Source of the DNA: Phallusia mammillata
Taxonomy: Eukaryota
NCBI GenBank assembly: GCA_965637545.1
Contig: OZ281497.1
Coordinates: 18,786,001-18,850,000 of the forward strand
Length of the DNA: 64,000 nt
Reading direction: 5' to 3'
The position numbers were made by a program, and so were the translations under genes. How positions within the stretch are numbered: position 1 is the first letter of the stretch; every line of letters starts with the position of its first letter. Positions 59,898 through 64,000 of the stretch are shown here, piece after piece. Under the pieces are notes generated by a model. That model saw only the letters and a program-made list of their open reading frames with translations, ran no database searches and was not told the DNA's origin.

Positions 59898-62285
59898 CTG
59901 AGAATCAAAAAATAGTAACAAAATCGTTTTGTAGTAAACTATCAATACAATGTTTTAAAATAACATTTAAAGACATTCATTCCGACAAGCGAAACTAATG
60001 TAGAGCATATATACGCTTGACTTGATTCCTTCCACTTATTGATACCAAACCGCATTATGTTTAATATTAAACTGCGCAATTAACGGCTGCATGCAAGGCC
60101 GTAGCGTTATTCCTGGGTTATTTACCACCTTGTCCTTTCGACCCTGATTTTAGGTTTTCCCCAAACAAGTTTAATCGGCAGAAACGGAAGCACGATGTGT
60201 TTCAGCACACTTGCATAGGCTGATTAACCACCATCAGAGCATGGAACTTTTAATTAAGTTTCGCTTTGTTTTGTCCAGCTTTGCGAGCGCCAAAGCAATT
60301 GCGGAAGGGGTTTCTTTGAGGTTAACCGTCGCCACCAGATTCGGCAAACTTGAACCACCTGACCTGTGCAATCAACCACGTTTAAACCAAGCTTATGTGC
60401 AATTTTCTCAAGACAGTACGCAAACCAACTGGCATGTATAATTTAAATTGCGTTTGCAACATGTTGACGCCTCATCAATGTAGCAATTATAAAACATTAG
60501 TGAGAGCTGTCATGAAACGCCGCACGCTCAAAAACGCCCCGGCAGCATAGGTGTCATGGGACCGTAGGTTATGAATTTTTCAGCGTAGGTTTCGATTACA
60601 TATCTTTGCGTGACGTGCCAACGGTGTCGTGTATTGCGAATGAAAACATCAATTTCACGTATCGGTGAATCGCCGATACCAGGTCACACATGAAATGAAT
60701 ACGAGCAATTGCCAAACTCAGCACTACGCCATGTGATTGTGATGTTCAGCAACCAGATCGACATATGCGATATGTCTGTCAACGGACTCAACGCAAGTGG
60801 ACTGTCAGATAAAGTGTCGGCCGATTTAACCCAATAAAATGCACAGGATTATTGGCCGTGTTGGAACAATTTTGTAGTCATACTGAAAAAAAAAAACACC
60901 AAGGAGTATAACGCAAAACATTTTGAAAACTAAGCTACAAAAATTTTGATAATATACTCAGTTTTATTTCAAATTTGCGTTTGTTTCTAATTAGGCTTAT
61001 AAGCCCCTTCTTCTATTTCTTCTATGGAATAAACGGGACAGCCTGATGCTTGAAACACATTGTTAAATGATATGTGCGTGTACCTTGCTGTATTAAACGA
61101 TATGTGTGTGTAGCTCGCGGTGGTTTTACGTCAGCACAAATAAATGAATTGCAAACATTTGAACATTGTTCCGAGTGACATTTAAATTAAGAGCCATGTG
61201 TTTAAAAAGCATAATATAAGCGACCAACTTGCGTTTGAAATAACCTGGCCTACACAAAGGGTAATCAACCATGGACTTGCACCATTATCTCCTTCTAAAA
61301 AACATACGCAATCGGGATAACATCTGGTCCCTAGGGGAGGCTTTAGCCTGGTATTGAATGGTTCCAAAAGTTGCGAAACAAAAGCCGCGCGTTGATTAGT
61401 TGGCGCGCAACTAATCGAGAGCGACTCCTGTATCGATCGTAGCATTGTCCGTTTTGCGAAGAGTTGGACCGTAAACTTTCAACCGACAGGCCTCGGGAAG
61501 AGTTTTTAAAACATCGAAATTCCCTGTAGGCGTTATGTTGCTTACATGCCAAGGACTGATGAACGCAGTTTACCCCGACTTTAGTTGCTAATGCAAACAA
61601 TCATGTCTAAATGGATTTTTGAAACATTGTCAGGCGTGACTATTTGAACAGGGTTTCTACGGCGAAAACCACAACTAATGTTAAAAACCAAAAATAGTTT
61701 GGCGCTAAGAAAAAGATTCTAATCTGGTGAGAAAAAATAATACATGTTAGAACTAAGTGCTTGTTTTAACACACAGTATATTGGCCAATGTTTACCATCT
61801 AGACATAATAGCCCTTCGTTCAATCATCGATATTGATTTCTACGTTCAAGTTGCAGTTTAAGCAAGGTCGCACTGAACCGAAAACACCATCAGGCACGAG
61901 ATAATATCTTTGCAGTTTATTAAACTTTTACAATCGTCAAAACTACAAGATTCTAACTCGAAGACGCACATTAAAATGACAGCAGTACGGCTAAGTGGAA
62001 GACAAGTGGAAATGGGGTGCAAAAAGTACAACAAAAAGAAAAATATTCGCAATAAGAAAAAGCTTCCAGTATTTTGGATCGGCCTAAATAGTTCGACATC
62101 CACATTTCCAAATGAGGATGCCCATGTCTTGTTTATTAAATCCTGACTAAGTATCTTAAGTTAGGAACAAAGTGTTGAGTGTATGTTTAATAACCTATGG
62201 AAAATAAAAGACTGCACTTGTTTGGGCTGTGTAAAGGTTGTATGGGGCAGGCCAATTGTCGTTACCAGTCGTTAGATCGTTTCAA

Positions 62286-63754
62286 TTAAAAGTAGTCGTC
62301 GTCGCCGCCGCCGTTTGCGTCCCCACCAAAGTCATCCTGGTCATAAGCGTCAAAATCACCAAGGTTGTCAAATGCAAGGTCGTCACCGTAATCTAGGTCG
62401 TCGAGATCGTCGTTGCAATACTGATCCATGGTGTCGGTATTAAAAAAACTCGCAAAATTGTCCTCATCCCCATCGCGCGGCGCTACGTCACAGTCGTCGC
62501 TTTCGTAACGGTCTTCCTCTTCATCGAAAAACAACCTTTTCTCGTCTTCGCCAATGCTGGAAAGTATACAGAAACGTAATAATTTTTAAAAACAGGCGAA
62601 TGAGGCCAGTTTGCAAGCTCAGAGAGGTCGTTTTCCAGTCACTTTTATAACAATTGATGCAAAGCATTCTTTCTTTAATGATAAAAAGAACTGCCCAAAT
62701 AGATGTAAAAAGCGACATGTTTTATTGTTACAACGTTTTGGCAAATGCTCAAGCCATCATCAGTGATATTTGGGCCATTATTTTTATCATCAAATTTATG
62801 AACAGATTTATATGTAGTGTTCCAAATTGACATGTAGTTTTAAATAAACATTTTTTTTCACTAAAAGATTTTACCTATCCTCGTCATCTGGATAATCATT
62901 TTTCCAATGATCCTCATCATTGCTATCTTCATCCTCATCATAATAAGTTTGCTTTGTTATGTGCGACTCATAGCAAAGATTGAGATCTCTGTCAAACAGG
63001 CGGAACAAAATTACATTTATTGCTTTGGAATTAAAATTCGCTTAAAAGTGTTCATATACCTGCATGGTTGAACATAAAGGATATCCTTAACTGACCATGT
63101 GGGCTGAGTTCCTTGACAATAATATAGGTCATACACAAATTCATCATCTTCTCGTTTAGGTTCAGAAAGACAAAGTTTCTCTCTCAGCATTTGCACTGAG
63201 TTACAGAGGATATCTTCAGGCTTTATAGAGGAGTTGCACTTTTTAGTCTCTTGCTCTTCCACATCCAAGATTGGAGTGAAATACGTTGAAAGTTTCCGCG
63301 TGTCTGTGTGGATGGCCTCACATGGCTGGGACGGTGATTCTGTTGTTTTGTTTTCTGAAGTTTTAATTTTTGGGTGAGCACTAACAAATTCAGGGTTTCT
63401 GGATGAAACCCGCAACAGCTTGTATCTTGCACATTCATCTTGGTGCGAGTGATCAGCTGGGACACCAACCACTGATCTTTTGTGAGAAGTCAAGGGCCGT
63501 GTTTTGTAAATGGAGTTTAATTTGCTGTGCAAAACAATGGCATCTTTTACTTTATTTTTGACAGCCTCATCCATTTTGGCATTTAAGCCCACTGTGGTTG
63601 CGAATCTGAAAACATTTTCTTCGATTTGAATGATGTCAGCCATTCCACTGTTTCCACGGAAGTGCTCATCCTGCTTTATCCGCTTGCTTGCAAGAAGAAG
63701 TGCTTCCACTGGTTCCGCATGGCGCTTGCGCTTGACTCTTATCACTGTTGCCAT
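62286..63754 (-). CDS. SLC7A6OS: RNA polymerase II nuclear localization protein SLC7A6OS/Iwr1 (3 exons, 359 aa)
   Basis: Exons 63754-63060, 62988-62875 and 62556-62286, both introns phase 2. N-terminal VIRVKRKRHAEPVEALLLASKRIK, ILCNSVQMLREKL, EFVYDLYY, Iwr1-type YDEDEDSNDEDHWKNDYPDDED, and an acidic tail. Confidence 0.93.
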
Positions 63755-64000
63755 TATAATATCATGTGCTCACCTATACTGCTTTTAACAATACTGCAAT
63801 ACACATAACTTAAAGGTTAAGACAATTGTTTTCCGACACCAACATCTTTTGTTGAGTGACCTGATCTGCAACTGACTGCACAACATGATAAGTGTACTAT
63901 TGAACCCCTTTAATTGTAAATGTATCTTTGCCCTGTCTTGTTGATTGCAAAGAAGTTGCAATTTTCCTGTTATAAACCAGAAAGGAAAAAAATCTTCATG

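Noticed and set aside
61394-61416. 9-bp perfect hairpin GATTAGTTG-gcgcg-CAACTAATC
   Set aside because: One or two stems of this length are expected by chance in a window this size.
1-64000. tRNA, rRNA, snRNA, SL RNA, CRISPR arrays, autonomous transposase or reverse transcriptase ORFs
   Set aside because: No matching sequence, cloverleaf, repeat-spacer array or catalytic motif was seen by eye; tRNAscan-SE, Infernal and RepeatMasker would be needed to exclude divergent copies.

Overview
This is eukaryotic, intron-containing genomic DNA. The chordate-like proteins, short GT-AG introns and abundant CpG point to an invertebrate chordate, probably an ascidian; that assignment is inference and the species cannot be read from the sequence. 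The six-frame ORF track is mostly noise here, so gene models were spliced by hand. Six genes are supported: ZCCHC10 (-, 1756-2430); a prickle gene (+, core 35221-47252, probably starting at 3161 with a 27.6-kb second intron); SERAC1 (+, 48943-55689); a PLP-dependent Ser/Thr dehydratase-like gene (+, 56362-58487); a SETMAR-type SET-domain gene without transposase (-, 59121-59897, first exon not found); and SLC7A6OS/Iwr1 (-, 62286-63754). Three different hAT-type MITEs lie in the first 6.3 kb. I saw no rRNA, tRNA, CRISPR array or autonomous transposon. I found no clearly new biological system. The best leads concern gene architecture: a long prickle isoform with a Cys-rich N-terminal motif split by a giant intron, a possible ZCCHC10/prickle head-to-head overlap, candidate internal prickle promoters, and a possible antisense gene inside the SERAC1 introns. 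All need transcript data.
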